A stretch of 64,000 bases of DNA from Dehalococcoidia bacterium (GTDB taxonomy: Bacteria; Chloroflexota; Dehalococcoidia; Lucifugimonadales; CAZENU01), in assembly GCA_965117035.1 (NCBI GenBank), contig OZ220748.1, positions 2,351,992-2,415,991 of the forward strand. Direction: 5' to 3'. The position numbers and the translations under genes are program-made. Positions 46,088-56,555 of this stretch are shown here, piece by piece. Position 1 is the stretch's first letter. The number at the start of each line of letters is the position of its first letter. Under the pieces are notes generated by a model. It was not told the origin of the DNA. It did no database searches and saw only the letters and a list, made by a program, of their open reading frames with translations.

Positions 46088-46300
46088 GTGGGGAACGACA
46101 ACTGGCCGGTGTGCCAGGCATGCGAGCGGGGCAGCCTGTTGCCCCTGTCCGACTTCGGAGGGCAGGGCGCCCCCATTCACTACAAGGCCTGGGTGTGCAG
46201 CTCCCCGGGCTGTGGATTCAACATCAAGATCCGCAACGGCGACGTCTATCTCAACGAGCCGATCGGCAGCGGCGCCTCGCACGCCCCGCGCGTTCGCTGA
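46088..46300 (+). CDS. small zinc-ribbon protein
   Basis: GTG start with GAGGAGG 5 nt upstream. Two Cys pairs: CQAC...CSSPGC. Confidence 0.5.
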   Translation: MGNDNWPVCQACERGSLLPLSDFGGQGAPIHYKAWVCSSPGCGFNIKIRNGDVYLNEPIGSGASHAPRVR

Positions 46301-46404
46301 TCGCCCCACGCTGGAAACCGCATTCGCGTCTCACGGGACGCGCGAGCGCTCCAATCGCCCGGCCGCCGTCACGCGGCGACGGGTCATCCTGAGGACAGCC
46401 CCCG

Positions 46405-47352
46405 ATGCTCGGCTTTCTGCGCCGCGTAACCCAGGAGAAGACCGACCGGGCCGTCGCAAAGACACGCGGCGCCTGGTTCGGGCACATCACGTCCCTGTTT
46501 GCCGGCGGACGCCTCGACGACGAGACCTGGGAGGAGCTGGAGGAGCTGCTGGTAGCGTCGGACGTCGGCGCCGCCACCGCGCGGGACCTGCTCGGCCGCG
46601 TCAGGCAACTGGTACGTGACGAGGGGGCGGAGGGACCCGAGGGCGCCTTCGCCGTCCTGAAGCGAGAGATGGCCGCCATGCTCTCGATCGACGCCGGCCG
46701 GGACCCCATGCGGACGGACGCGAACGGCCCCCATGTCGTGCTGCTGGTCGGCGTGAACGGCGCCGGCAAGACGACGAGCGCCGCCAAGCTGGCGCGGCTC
46801 TATCTAGAACAGGACAGGACGGTGCTGCTCGCCGCCGCGGACACCTTCCGCGCCGCCGCAATCGACCAGCTGCAGGAGTGGGGCCGGCGGCTGGACCTGG
46901 ACGTGATCGCCCACCGGCCCGGCTCCGACGCAGGGGCCGTCGCGTTCGACGCCGTGGAGGCCGCCGCCGCGCGGGGGGCCGACGTGGTCATCGTGGACAC
47001 GGCGGGCCGCCTTCACACGAAGTTCAACCTCATGGAGGAGATCAAGAAGGTCCGCCGGGTCGTCTCCCGGCGCGTCCCCGAGCAGGCGCAGACTGTCGTG
47101 CTCGCGCTCGACGCGACCTCCGGCCAGAACGGCCTCCTGCAGGCCCGCGCCTTCACCGAAGCGCTCGAGTGCGACGGCGTGTTTCTCGCCAAGCTCGACT
47201 CTTCGGCGAAGGGCGGGATCGTATTCGCCATAGCCGCCGAACTCGGTCTCCCCGTGCTCTTCATCGGCACCGGCGAGCAGCCGGACGACATAGCCCCGTT
47301 CGACGCGGAGACGTTCGTGGAGTCCCTCTTCTCCAGGGCCGGCCCGGACTGA
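46405..47352 (+). CDS. ftsY: signal recognition particle receptor FtsY
   Basis: [34 protein letters not shown]. Confidence 0.95.
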   Translation: MLGFLRRVTQEKTDRAVAKTRGAWFGHITSLFAGGRLDDETWEELEELLVASDVGAATARDLLGRVRQLVRDEGAEGPEGAFAVLKREMAAMLSIDAGRDPMRTDANGPHVVLLVGVNGAGKTTSAAKLARLYLEQDRTVLLAAADTFRAAAIDQLQEWGRRLDLDVIAHRPGSDAGAVAFDAVEAAAARGADVVIVDTAGRLHTKFNLMEEIKKVRRVVSRRVPEQAQTVVLALDATSGQNGLLQARAFTEALECDGVFLAKLDSSAKGGIVFAIAAELGLPVLFIGTGEQPDDIAPFDAETFVESLFSRAGPD

Positions 47353-47383
47353 CGCCCGACGGCCGTTTTCACGTATCATCTAC

Positions 47384-49747
47384 GTGATGTCCAGCTTCAT
47401 TCTGTGGCTCGCGGCCGTCGAGGTCATCGGACTGGCGGCATTCCCGATCTGCCACTTCCTGTTCCCCCGGCTCCGAGACAGGGGCTACGCCGTGAGCAAG
47501 GTCTTCGGGCTGCTGCTCATCGGCTACGTGTCGTGGGTGCTGAGCGCGCTGCACCTTGTCCCCAGCGTGCGGCTCACCATCTTCGGACTGCTCCTCCTGA
47601 TGGCGGCCGTATCGGCCTGGTACGCGTGGGGCCGACGACGCGAGCTGGCCGAGTTCTTCCGCCGCGAGCGGGACGGCATCCTGCTGGCCGAGGGCGCGTT
47701 CCTGGTCGTCCTCATCGCCTGGACCGTCTACCGCGCCTACGATTCGGCCATCACCCACACCGAGCAGCCGATGGACTTCGCGTTCCTGAACGCGTCGGTC
47801 CGCAACGTATTCGGCCAGCCGGAGGACCCCTGGCTGCGCGGCGAGTCGATCAGCTACTACTACTTCGGCTACTGGGTCATGGGCGTCCTGAGCGAGCTGA
47901 CGGCACTGCCGTCGAACGTCAGCTACAACCTGTCCCTGGCGCTGGTGCCCGCGCTCGCGGCGTCCGGCATCGTCGGGCTCGTGTACGGGATGGTGCGCTC
48001 CGAGTCCCGCGGGCTGTACTACGCGGCGGCCGCGGGAGTCGCCGCGGCCGTGCTCGTCGGCTTCGTCGCCAACCTGGAGGGCGTGCTCGAGTTCATGCAC
48101 GTCAACCGGATGGGCTCCGGCGGCTTCTGGGAGTGGCTGCGCATCGCCGGCCTCGACGCCCCGGCTGCCGACGCCTCGGACTCGTGGAGGCCGACGCAGC
48201 ACTGGTGGTGGTGGAAGGCGACCCGCGTCATCGGCTCGTTCGACGGCGCCACGCAGGTCGACTACACCATCCACGAGTTCCCGTTCTTCAGCTTCATCCT
48301 CGGCGACCTCCACCCGCACGTGATGTCGCTGCCGTTCGTCGTGCTCTTCGTGACGATGTGCTGGAACCTGTTGCAGTCGCCCGTGCACGTCTGGTCGGAC
48401 CTCAGCTTCCGTCCCTACGCCGGGCTGCTGGTCCTGGCCGTCGCGCTCGGCGGGGTCGCGTTCACGAACATGTGGGACCTGCCCATCATGGTGGCGCTGC
48501 TGGTCGGCGTGCTCGCAGTCAGGTCGTACGTCGCCAGGGGCGGCGACGTCGTGACCATGGCCGGGGACTCCCTGCCCGTGGCCGGCGCCGTCCTCGGCGC
48601 GGCCGCCCTGCTGATCCTGCCGTACCTGCTCTCGTTCACGTCCCAGGTGTCGGGCATAGGCCCGGTCGGCCACTACGACGACGTCAGGGTCGCGACGACC
48701 CGGCCGGTCCACAGCTTCATCGTCTGGGGGCTGCTGTTGACGGCGGTCGCGCCGTTCGTCGTCGTCGAGTTCTGGCGCACGACGGTGACGAGGGAGTGGG
48801 TCACGGTCACGGCGGTATCGGTGGGCTCGGTGGCGGCGCCAGTCGCGCTCTGGGCCGTGCTGCACCTGGACAGGGACGGTGGCATTGACGAAGTGATCGG
48901 CAGGGCGATACACGTCCTGCCCTACGCCCTGCTGATCGTCATGGCCGTCTACACCGCGCTGTGGCTGGCCAGGCGCCCCCGCCCGCCGATGGGGCGCCTG
49001 TTCGCGCTGGCGCTCACCGCCCTGGGGCTGCTGCTCGTCATGGGGCCGGAGCTGCTCTACGTCGACGACTCGTTCGGCGGCGCGTCGGAGCGTATGAACA
49101 CGGTCTTCAAGCTGTACTACGCGGGGTGGCTGCTCCTCGGCATCGGGGCAGGCTTCTCCGTCTACTACTGGGCCGCGCTGAGGGACCGGCTGGGAGGATG
49201 GAAGCGGTTCCTGACCGGCGTCTGGTCGGTCGCGTTCGTCGCCCTGCTCCTCGGCAGCGCCTACTACCCGCTCGCCGCCGTGGCCAGCAAGGGCGGGTTC
49301 GACGGCCCCCCAACGCTCGACGGGCTGGCGTTCATCGGCCGGGACAGCGCCGAGTACAGGGCCATCGAGCGTATACGCGCCGAGGCGGGGAGCGACTCGG
49401 CCGTACTCGAGGCGTCCGACTCCGCCAGCTACTACACCAACGGGCCCTTCGGCCGCGTGTCGTCCAGCACGGGCGTGCCCACGGTGCTCGGCTGGCCGGG
49501 GCACGAGAGCCAGTGGCGCGGCTCGGACGCCGCGTACGCGGGCAGGCCGGAGGACGTCGAGACGATCTACAAGACCCGGGACGTCGAGCTCGCCAAAAAC
49601 CTTTTGGCCAGGTACGACGTAGAATATGTATACGTCGGTCCCCTCGAGCGCCGGCAGTACGGCGAGGAGAGGCTCGACAAGTTCGAGACGTTCATGGAGG
49701 TCTTCTTCGACCAGGATGGCGTCAGGGTCTACCGGTGGAATCGATGA
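47384..49747 (+). CDS. large polytopic membrane protein of the 'YYY' (TIGR03662/DUF2298-like) family
   Basis: Many TM segments. Contains the signature ESISYYYFGYW. Confidence 0.75.
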   Translation: MMSSFILWLAAVEVIGLAAFPICHFLFPRLRDRGYAVSKVFGLLLIGYVSWVLSALHLVPSVRLTIFGLLLLMAAVSAWYAWGRRRELAEFFRRERDGILLAEGAFLVVLIAWTVYRAYDSAITHTEQPMDFAFLNASVRNVFGQPEDPWLRGESISYYYFGYWVMGVLSELTALPSNVSYNLSLALVPALAASGIVGLVYGMVRSESRGLYYAAAAGVAAAVLVGFVANLEGVLEFMHVNRMGSGGFWEWLRIAGLDAPAADASDSWRPTQHWWWWKATRVIGSFDGATQVDYTIHEFPFFSFILGDLHPHVMSLPFVVLFVTMCWNLLQSPVHVWSDLSFRPYAGLLVLAVALGGVAFTNMWDLPIMVALLVGVLAVRSYVARGGDVVTMAGDSLPVAGAVLGAAALLILPYLLSFTSQVSGIGPVGHYDDVRVATTRPVHSFIVWGLLLTAVAPFVVVEFWRTTVTREWVTVTAVSVGSVAAPVALWAVLHLDRDGGIDEVIGRAIHVLPYALLIVMAVYTALWLARRPRPPMGRLFALALTALGLLLVMGPELLYVDDSFGGASERMNTVFKLYYAGWLLLGIGAGFSVYYWAALRDRLGGWKRFLTGVWSVAFVALLLGSAYYPLAAVASKGGFDGPPTLDGLAFIGRDSAEYRAIERIRAEAGSDSAVLEASDSASYYTNGPFGRVSSSTGVPTVLGWPGHESQWRGSDAAYAGRPEDVETIYKTRDVELAKNLLARYDVEYVYVGPLERRQYGEERLDKFETFMEVFFDQDGVRVYRWNR

Positions 49748-49752
49748 TGAGT

Positions 49753-49850
49753 GGGCAAGGGATGGGTTCACGCTTTCGGAGACCCTTGCAGAATCGTCGT
49801 TCCCGCGAAGGCGGGAATCCAGGGGTGGTGCAAGGGTCGCCCTCCGCGCG
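49753..49850. repeat. single repeat module between the two membrane-protein genes
   Basis: GGAGACCCTTGCAGAATCGTCGTTCCCGCGAAGGCGGGAATCCAGGGG. Confidence 0.65.
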
Positions 49851-49868
49851 AACGACTGAGGCAGGGAA

Positions 49869-52199
49869 TTGACGACGGAACAGGCAGCACTCGAAGAGAA
49901 CGCCGGCCCCTCGCCGCGGTGGGCCGGCTGGGCGCGGCGTCTGCGGCTCCCCGTAGACGCCGACTCCTCGTGCTCGCTGCCGCTGCGTACCTGGGAGCTG
50001 CCGGGCTACGGGCTGCTGGTCCTCATCGGCGCCGTAATGCGCCTGTGGGACCTGGGCTCGCGCGCGATGCACCACGACGAGAGCCTCCACGCGCTGTACT
50101 CGTGGAACTTCGCCGAGGGCCGCGGCTACGCCCACGACCCGATGATGCACGGGCCGTTCCAGATGGAGGCGACCGCCGCGGTCTTCTACGTCCTCGGCGA
50201 CGGCGAGGTGACGGCCAGGCTGCTGTACGCCATCGCGGGCACGGTGCTCATCGCCCTGCCGTTCTTCCTCCGATACCGCCTCGGCCGCATCGGCGCGATG
50301 CTCGTCGCGGTCATGCTGACCTTCTCGCCGGCGATGCTCTACTTCAGCCGGTTCGCCCGCAACGACATCCTGATGTCCGTCTGGGTGCTCGGCCTCGTGA
50401 TCGCCATGTGGCGATACCTCGACTCCGGCAGGAGCCGATACCTGTACGTGGCCTCGGCGCTGCTGGCGCTCGCGTTCGCCACCAAGGAGAACGCCTACTT
50501 CATCTCCGGCTGCCTGGGGCTGTTCCTCCTCATCGTGGCGGTGTCGCGGAACTGGCGCCCGGTCGTCAGCGGCGTCGAGATCGGCCGGACGTCGACGCCG
50601 GCGGCGATCGGCAGGCTCGTCAGGGGCGTGTGGGGCGCGATACCGTTCGGGGCCCGGCTGGCGACCGTCGGCCGGCCGGCCGACTTCTTGATCGTGCTCT
50701 TCACGCTCTCCATGCCGCTCGGCGCCGCCTTCGTCGGCTGGCTGCACGACGAGCTGCTCCTGGGATGGACGAGGCTTCTGCTGATCACGCCGGACGTCGC
50801 GGGCGACCCGCGGGTGATATTCGATCCCGGCAACCCCGGCTACGACGCGCGACTCGTCGACCTGCGCTACGAGGGGCTGAACCTGGCCGAGCCGATGGGA
50901 GCGCCCGCCGGCGGAGGACTGGTCGTCGCGTTCCTGATCGCTGCCGCCCTGCTGGCAGGCGCCATCTACATCGGCATGAGATGGAGACCGGGCGTGTGGT
51001 GGCGATGCGCCGTCATCTTCGGCGCGATCTGGACGCTGGCCTACAGCAGCTTCTTCACCAACTGGGCCGGCATCGCGTCCGGCGGCTGGCGCTCCGCCGG
51101 CTACTGGCTCGCGCAGCAGCAGCTTCCCATCGCGAGGGGCAACCAGCCCACCTACTACTACGTCATACTGACGACGGTCTACGAGTTCCTGCCGCTCATA
51201 CTCGCCGTCGCCGGGGCCTTCTACTACGTCCGCCGCCGGGACTTCTTCGGCGTATTCCTCGTCTTCTGGGCCGGCCTGACGTTCCTGCTCTACACGATGG
51301 CCGGCGAGAAGATGCCCTGGCTGCTCGTGAACGTCGCGCTGCCCCTGATCGTCCTCGGCGGCCGGTTCCTCGGCGACATGGTGGAGCGCGTCGAATGGAG
51401 GCGCCTGGTGTCCGGCGACGGGCTGTACCTCGTCGGCGGCGTGCCCGTGACCCTCCTGCTGCTCTACGCCCTCGTCTTCCTTGAGGTCTCGGCCGACGAC
51501 CCCTTCAGCCTCGTCCTGCTCGCGGCGTCGCTCGGGTCGCTCGCGGCCATCGCCGTATCCGGCTACTGGATCGCCAGGCGCGTCGGCCCACGGACCTTCT
51601 TCGCGTTCGCGACCATACCGCTCGCCGTCTTCCTCTTCGCGCTGACCGTGCGGACCTCCTGGAACGCCGCCTACGAGAACGGCGACATCCCCGTCGAGAT
51701 GCTCGTCTACACGCAGACCACGCCCCACATTTCGGGACTCTACCGGCACGTGGGACAGGCGCGCACGCGGGAGTCCGAGCCGGTGCTGCTCACGGTCGAC
51801 GACACCAGCGGCTTTTCGTGGCCCTGGGCGTGGTACCTGAGAGACCCGGACAACTTCGCCGTCAGCTACAACTCGTTCGCGGCCGCCGACCTCCCGAGCT
51901 ACGCGTCCGACTCGTCGGTGCTCCTCGTCCACCGGAACAACCGCCAGGAGGCCGACCCGAAGATCGGCGATGAGTTCGGCGAGGGCACGCTCGTCAGGCA
52001 CCGCTGGTGGTTCCCGGAGCACAAGTACCGCGACCTGACGCTGGGCAAGCTGGTCCGGGGCGTCCTCGACCGGTCGCTGCTGCGAGGCGGTCTCGAGTAC
52101 TTCCTGGACCGCGACGTCGTGTTCGACGAGATCGGCAGCGAGGACTCCTACGTCTACTTCCGCGACGGCTTCCCGGCCAACTTCACCCCACGCCCGTAA
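49869..52199 (+). CDS. TIGR03663-like membrane glycosyltransferase (GT39/ArnT-like fold)
   Basis: LWDLGSRAMHHDESLHALYSWNF...HGPFQ plus many TM segments. TTG start, and the 5' end is uncertain. Confidence 0.7.
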   Translation: MTTEQAALEENAGPSPRWAGWARRLRLPVDADSSCSLPLRTWELPGYGLLVLIGAVMRLWDLGSRAMHHDESLHALYSWNFAEGRGYAHDPMMHGPFQMEATAAVFYVLGDGEVTARLLYAIAGTVLIALPFFLRYRLGRIGAMLVAVMLTFSPAMLYFSRFARNDILMSVWVLGLVIAMWRYLDSGRSRYLYVASALLALAFATKENAYFISGCLGLFLLIVAVSRNWRPVVSGVEIGRTSTPAAIGRLVRGVWGAIPFGARLATVGRPADFLIVLFTLSMPLGAAFVGWLHDELLLGWTRLLLITPDVAGDPRVIFDPGNPGYDARLVDLRYEGLNLAEPMGAPAGGGLVVAFLIAAALLAGAIYIGMRWRPGVWWRCAVIFGAIWTLAYSSFFTNWAGIASGGWRSAGYWLAQQQLPIARGNQPTYYYVILTTVYEFLPLILAVAGAFYYVRRRDFFGVFLVFWAGLTFLLYTMAGEKMPWLLVNVALPLIVLGGRFLGDMVERVEWRRLVSGDGLYLVGGVPVTLLLLYALVFLEVSADDPFSLVLLAASLGSLAAIAVSGYWIARRVGPRTFFAFATIPLAVFLFALTVRTSWNAAYENGDIPVEMLVYTQTTPHISGLYRHVGQARTRESEPVLLTVDDTSGFSWPWAWYLRDPDNFAVSYNSFAAADLPSYASDSSVLLVHRNNRQEADPKIGDEFGEGTLVRHRWWFPEHKYRDLTLGKLVRGVLDRSLLRGGLEYFLDRDVVFDEIGSEDSYVYFRDGFPANFTPRP

Positions 52200-52212
52200 C
52201 GGCGACCAACCC

Positions 52213-52761
52213 ATGTTCGAGACAACGCAGCCAACCACCGCGGACGAGCTTCTCCAAATGCCGGACGACGGCTTTCGATACGAGCTCGTGAGAGGAAAGC
52301 TGAGAAGGAGGCCCTACATGGGCCAGCGGGAGAGAAGCGTCGCTGGCTCGATGGCCGTCTGGCTGGGCGGATACGTGAGCCGGAACGGCCTCGGCGTCGC
52401 TACCTCGGCGTCGGGCTACAGGTTGGAATCCGACCCCGATCACGTCCTCGCTCCCGCCGTGGGCGTTGTGTTGCGGGAAAGGGCGGAAGCGTTGGGGCGG
52501 GCGGACGACTACTTCCCGGGTGCGCCCGACGTCGCCGTAGAGGTGATATCGTCCAGCGACCGCTACACGGACGTCGAGGACAAGACCCGCGACTACCTCT
52601 CCGCCGGAACGGTCGCCGTCATACTGGTGGATCCCCGCGAGCGGACCGCAACCGTCCATCGCCCTGACTCCGGCCCAGACGTGCTGACCGAGGACGACAC
52701 GTTGGCCATCGAACACGCCATCCCCGGCTGGCGGCTGCCCGTCAGGGATATCTTCGAGTAG
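52213..52761 (+). CDS. Uma2 family (DUF820) endonuclease
   Basis: ELLQMPDDGFRYELVRGKL...PDVAVEVISSSDR...K...Y...G restriction-endonuclease-like pattern. Confidence 0.8.
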   Translation: MFETTQPTTADELLQMPDDGFRYELVRGKLRRRPYMGQRERSVAGSMAVWLGGYVSRNGLGVATSASGYRLESDPDHVLAPAVGVVLRERAEALGRADDYFPGAPDVAVEVISSSDRYTDVEDKTRDYLSAGTVAVILVDPRERTATVHRPDSGPDVLTEDDTLAIEHAIPGWRLPVRDIFE

Positions 52762-52825
52762 GTGCACCGCGGAGGCCCTCCAGCCTCGTCCGCCGTTCGG
52801 GTCCGGCGACATCCCCTCCAGCCGT

Positions 52826-54001
52826 ATGGTACGTCGGCGTACGCCGCCCTCCGCAGCCGTTGCTTCCTGGGCGCCGGCCGCGGTCTTGTATCATGGTACC
52901 GGGAGTCTTCATTTGCCCGGCAGCGCCAAGTTCTGGATTGGAATCGCCGTCAGCGTCGTCTTCCTGGCGCTGTTCGTCTTCACCGTAGACCTGGAGCGCT
53001 TTCTCGACGCGCTCTCGCGGGCCGACTACGCCCTCCTCGCCCCCGCGACCGCGCTCTACCTGGTGTCGCTGCTGTTCAGGACCCTGCGCTGGCAGCGGCT
53101 GCTGAGACACCTCAAGCGCGTGAGCGTCGTCCGCCTGTATCCGGTCGTCGTCGTCGGGTACATGGCGAACAACCTGCTGCCGATGCGCATCGGCGAGCTC
53201 GTGCGCAGCTACTACGTCGGCGAGCGGGAGGGCGTCAGCAAGACGACGGCGCTGATGACGATCGTCGTCGAGCGCCTGCTGGACGCGCTGACGCTGCTGG
53301 CCATGGTCGCCGTGGTCGCCCTCTTCGTCCCCGTGCTCGGAGTGGCCGAGGGGCTCGGACGGCTCTCCAGCGTTCCGTGGCCGCTGCTCGTCGCCGCGGT
53401 GACGCTGCCGTTCATCGCCGGGTTCACCGTCCTCGTGCTGACGGCGCTGGCGCCCGACAGGGCGGGACGGTGGGCGAAGACCGCCCTGCGTCCCCTTCCA
53501 CGTGGCCTGGAGTCGCGCGGCGCCGACACGGTCGACATGCTGCTCGGCGGCCTCATCTCGCTGCGAAGCCCCCGGAGCGTCGTCGTGCTCTTCCTGCTGT
53601 CGGTGCCGGTCTGGCTGTTCGAGGCGGGGCTGTTCATGGTCATCGCCTACTCGTTCGACCTTGACCTCGCCTTCGACAACGTCTACGAGATGGTGGCCGC
53701 CATCGTGCTCGTGATGGCCATCGCCAATATCGGCGCCTCCGTGCCGGCCGCGCCCGGCGGCATCGGCCTGTTCGAGCTGATCGCCCGCGAGACGCTCGTG
53801 CTGCTCCCGCTGGCCGCCGTGGACAGGGCCGACGCCGGGGCGTACGCCGCTGTCGTGCACGCCGTCCTGCTGGTCCCGATGATCGTGCTCGGGCAGGTCT
53901 TCCTGTGGACGCAGAACGTCTCCCTCGGCAGCCTGTCGCGGGCGGGCCGGTCGATGGCGTCCGAGCGCGCCGCGGTCGCCGGGGCTGAGGAGGCGTCGTG
54001 A
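52826..54001 (+). CDS. flippase-like / lysylphosphatidylglycerol-synthase TM-region (UPF0104) membrane protein
   Basis: RWQRLL...YPVVVVGYMANNLLPMRIGELVRSYY. Confidence 0.7.
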   Translation: MVRRRTPPSAAVASWAPAAVLYHGTGSLHLPGSAKFWIGIAVSVVFLALFVFTVDLERFLDALSRADYALLAPATALYLVSLLFRTLRWQRLLRHLKRVSVVRLYPVVVVGYMANNLLPMRIGELVRSYYVGEREGVSKTTALMTIVVERLLDALTLLAMVAVVALFVPVLGVAEGLGRLSSVPWPLLVAAVTLPFIAGFTVLVLTALAPDRAGRWAKTALRPLPRGLESRGADTVDMLLGGLISLRSPRSVVVLFLLSVPVWLFEAGLFMVIAYSFDLDLAFDNVYEMVAAIVLVMAIANIGASVPAAPGGIGLFELIARETLVLLPLAAVDRADAGAYAAVVHAVLLVPMIVLGQVFLWTQNVSLGSLSRAGRSMASERAAVAGAEEAS

Positions 54002-55398
54002 GGGTCGGCGTAGTCGGCGGCGGCGCGGCGGGGCTGACAGCCGCGCACGAGCTGGCGAAGGCCGGCGTGCCGGTCTCGGTCTACGAGCGCGCGCCGTTCC
54101 TCGGAGGGCAGGCCTCGACGTTCGACGTCGCCGGCGCACGGCTGGAGCGCGGCTACCACCACCTGTTCAACAGCGACACCGACATCATCTCGCTGATGGA
54201 GGAGATCGGGCTCGGCGACCGCGTGCGGTACATCGAATCGAAGGTCGGCACGCTGTACGACGGCCGGATCTACAACTTCGTCACCCCCATCGACCTGCTC
54301 AAGTTCACCCCGCTCGGACTGGTCGACCGGTTCCGCCTCGGCCTCGTCACGCTGATGCTGCAGCGGATGAAGAACTGGCGCCGCCTGGAGGACGTCACCG
54401 CGAACGAGTGGCTGCGCGGCAAGGCGGGCCGGCGCGCCTACGACGTCTTCTGGGGGCCGATGCTACGCGGCAAGTTCGGGGAGAGCTACTACGACCAGGT
54501 GACCATGGCCTGGATCTGGGGCAAGGTGCATACCCGGTTCGCGTCACGCGGCAGAGGGCTGTCGAAGGAGATGCTCGTCTACCCCGAGGGCAGCTTCGGC
54601 GAGGTCTTCGACGTCCTCGGCGAGAGGGTCTCGGAGCTCGGCGGCGAGAGTTTTCTGTCCCGCCTGGTCACGGAGGTCGCTGTAGACGGTGGCCGCGTTG
54701 CCGGTCTGAACGTCGCCGAGGCGCCGGCCACGTGGACCTCCCCCCAGCCGCTGGCCGACCCGGAGGAGGGCGGGGACAACGTCCCGGACGCCGTGGGGGA
54801 GCCGGTCTTCGAGCCGTTCGACGCGGTGATCGCCACCGTACCGTCCTACTCCTTCGCGCGGCTACTGCCGTCGCTGCCGGACGACTACATGGACAAGCTG
54901 ACCGGCGTCCGCTACATGTCCGCGGTGCTGCTCATCCTGGTGCTCGACAGGCCGCTGTCGCACGTCTACTGGCTCAACGTGGCCGACCGCTCCATCCCCT
55001 TCGTCGGCGTCATCGAGCAGACAAACCTGCTCGGCCCCGAGCACTACGGCGGCAAGCACATCGTCTACCTCTCCAACTACCTGGACAGGGACCACCCGAT
55101 GTACCGGATGGAGCACGGGGAGCTGCTCGACGCGTACGTCCCGCACCTGCGGAAGATCAACCCGGAGTTCGACCCGTCGTGGATCGAGGAGAGCTACCAC
55201 CACCGTGTCGACGCGGCGCAGCCGATCATCGGCACCGGCTACTCCCGGCGCGTCCCCGAGCACCGCACTCCGGTGAAGGGCGTCTACCTGGCGAACACGA
55301 CGCAGGTCTACCCCGAGGACCGGGGCACCAACTACAGCGTCCGCATAGGCAAGCGCGTAGCGGCGATGTTGCTGGAGGACCTCCGGACAACCCGCTGA
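53998..55398 (+). CDS. NAD(P)/FAD-dependent oxidoreductase (amine oxidase / phytoene desaturase-like)
   Basis: MRVGVVGGGAAGLTAAHELAKAG dinucleotide fold. The GTG start overlaps the upstream stop (GTGA). Confidence 0.8.
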   Translation: MRVGVVGGGAAGLTAAHELAKAGVPVSVYERAPFLGGQASTFDVAGARLERGYHHLFNSDTDIISLMEEIGLGDRVRYIESKVGTLYDGRIYNFVTPIDLLKFTPLGLVDRFRLGLVTLMLQRMKNWRRLEDVTANEWLRGKAGRRAYDVFWGPMLRGKFGESYYDQVTMAWIWGKVHTRFASRGRGLSKEMLVYPEGSFGEVFDVLGERVSELGGESFLSRLVTEVAVDGGRVAGLNVAEAPATWTSPQPLADPEEGGDNVPDAVGEPVFEPFDAVIATVPSYSFARLLPSLPDDYMDKLTGVRYMSAVLLILVLDRPLSHVYWLNVADRSIPFVGVIEQTNLLGPEHYGGKHIVYLSNYLDRDHPMYRMEHGELLDAYVPHLRKINPEFDPSWIEESYHHRVDAAQPIIGTGYSRRVPEHRTPVKGVYLANTTQVYPEDRGTNYSVRIGKRVAAMLLEDLRTTR

Positions 55399-55605
55399 GG
55401 CGTGAATCAAGGCGCCTTTGCGGCCGAATTCACGCTTTATTGCTCCACTGGGGTGAACATTCCCCGAGACCGTACCCTCGCGTCCTCCCGGCGAGCAATC
55501 GGTATCCGTTACCTCAACCGCCCCAATATCCCGTGAATTCCGGTTCGTTTATCCCTCTATTCACGGAATATTGACTGTACAGCATGAATCCAGTATGATA
55601 TAGAC

Positions 55606-56496
55606 ATGGCGACGCCACAGCCGATACGGGACCGCATCGGGGCCCTCAAGCGCGAGTACGACACCCTGAAGCAGGGCAAGGACTCGCTGCTGTCGATGAT
55701 CGACGAGGTGGAGGCGCCCGAGAGCGTGTACAACTCGAACGCGATCGAGAACTCGACTCTCACGCTGCGGGAGACGGAGCAGGTGCTGCTGGAGCAGATG
55801 CTGGCCCGGAACGTCGCGGTGAGGGAGGTCTTCGAGGCGAAGAACCTCGCCCGCGTCATCGAGTTCGAGCGCGACAAGGTTGCCGACGGCGAGCTGACCA
55901 GGGACCTGATACTTCTCATGCACGGAATGCTGCTCGTCGGCATCGACGACTCTATTGCGGGCCGCTTTCGCCGGCCGGGCGAGTACGTGCGCGTCGGAAC
56001 GCACATCGCCCCGGCGCCCGAGCTCGTGGAGCGCATGATCGACAACACGATGCTCGCCTACTCCAGCGACCTGGACTCCTACTTCCTGGACAAGATCGCC
56101 CGGTTCCACCTCGACTTCGAGAGCATCCACCCCTTCTGCGACGGCAACGGTCGCATCGGCCGCGTCATCATCGACTTCCAGCTTCTCAGGCTAGGACTGC
56201 CGCCGCTCGTCGTCCGCAACTCGGACAAGCACAGCCTCTACTACCCTGCGTTCCAGGAGTACGAGTACGGCGGCGGCACCAGGACGATGGAGCGGATCCT
56301 GGCGCTGGCCCTGACGGAGGCCCTGCACAAGAGGCTGGCCTACCTGCGCGGCGATGAGATCGTCAGGCTGTCGGACTACATAAGGCGCAACGGGCTCTCG
56401 GCGCCCGGCGTGACCAACGCCGCCCGGCGCCAGACCGTCCCCGCGTTCCGCGAGAAGGGCGTGTGGAAAATCGGCCAGCAGCTCACCCCCGCGTAA
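55606..56496 (+). CDS. Fic family protein (class II, N-terminal inhibitory motif)
   Basis: Fic motif HPFCDGNGRIGR. An N-terminal SNAIEN matches the (S/T)xxxE(G/N) inhibitory helix motif. Confidence 0.85.
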   Translation: MATPQPIRDRIGALKREYDTLKQGKDSLLSMIDEVEAPESVYNSNAIENSTLTLRETEQVLLEQMLARNVAVREVFEAKNLARVIEFERDKVADGELTRDLILLMHGMLLVGIDDSIAGRFRRPGEYVRVGTHIAPAPELVERMIDNTMLAYSSDLDSYFLDKIARFHLDFESIHPFCDGNGRIGRVIIDFQLLRLGLPPLVVRNSDKHSLYYPAFQEYEYGGGTRTMERILALALTEALHKRLAYLRGDEIVRLSDYIRRNGLSAPGVTNAARRQTVPAFREKGVWKIGQQLTPA

Positions 56497-56555
56497 CCGG
56501 CGACGGGTAGCCGCCGCGGGCGCGATGTCCGGGCACAGTTGGAAGACGGTTCTGT

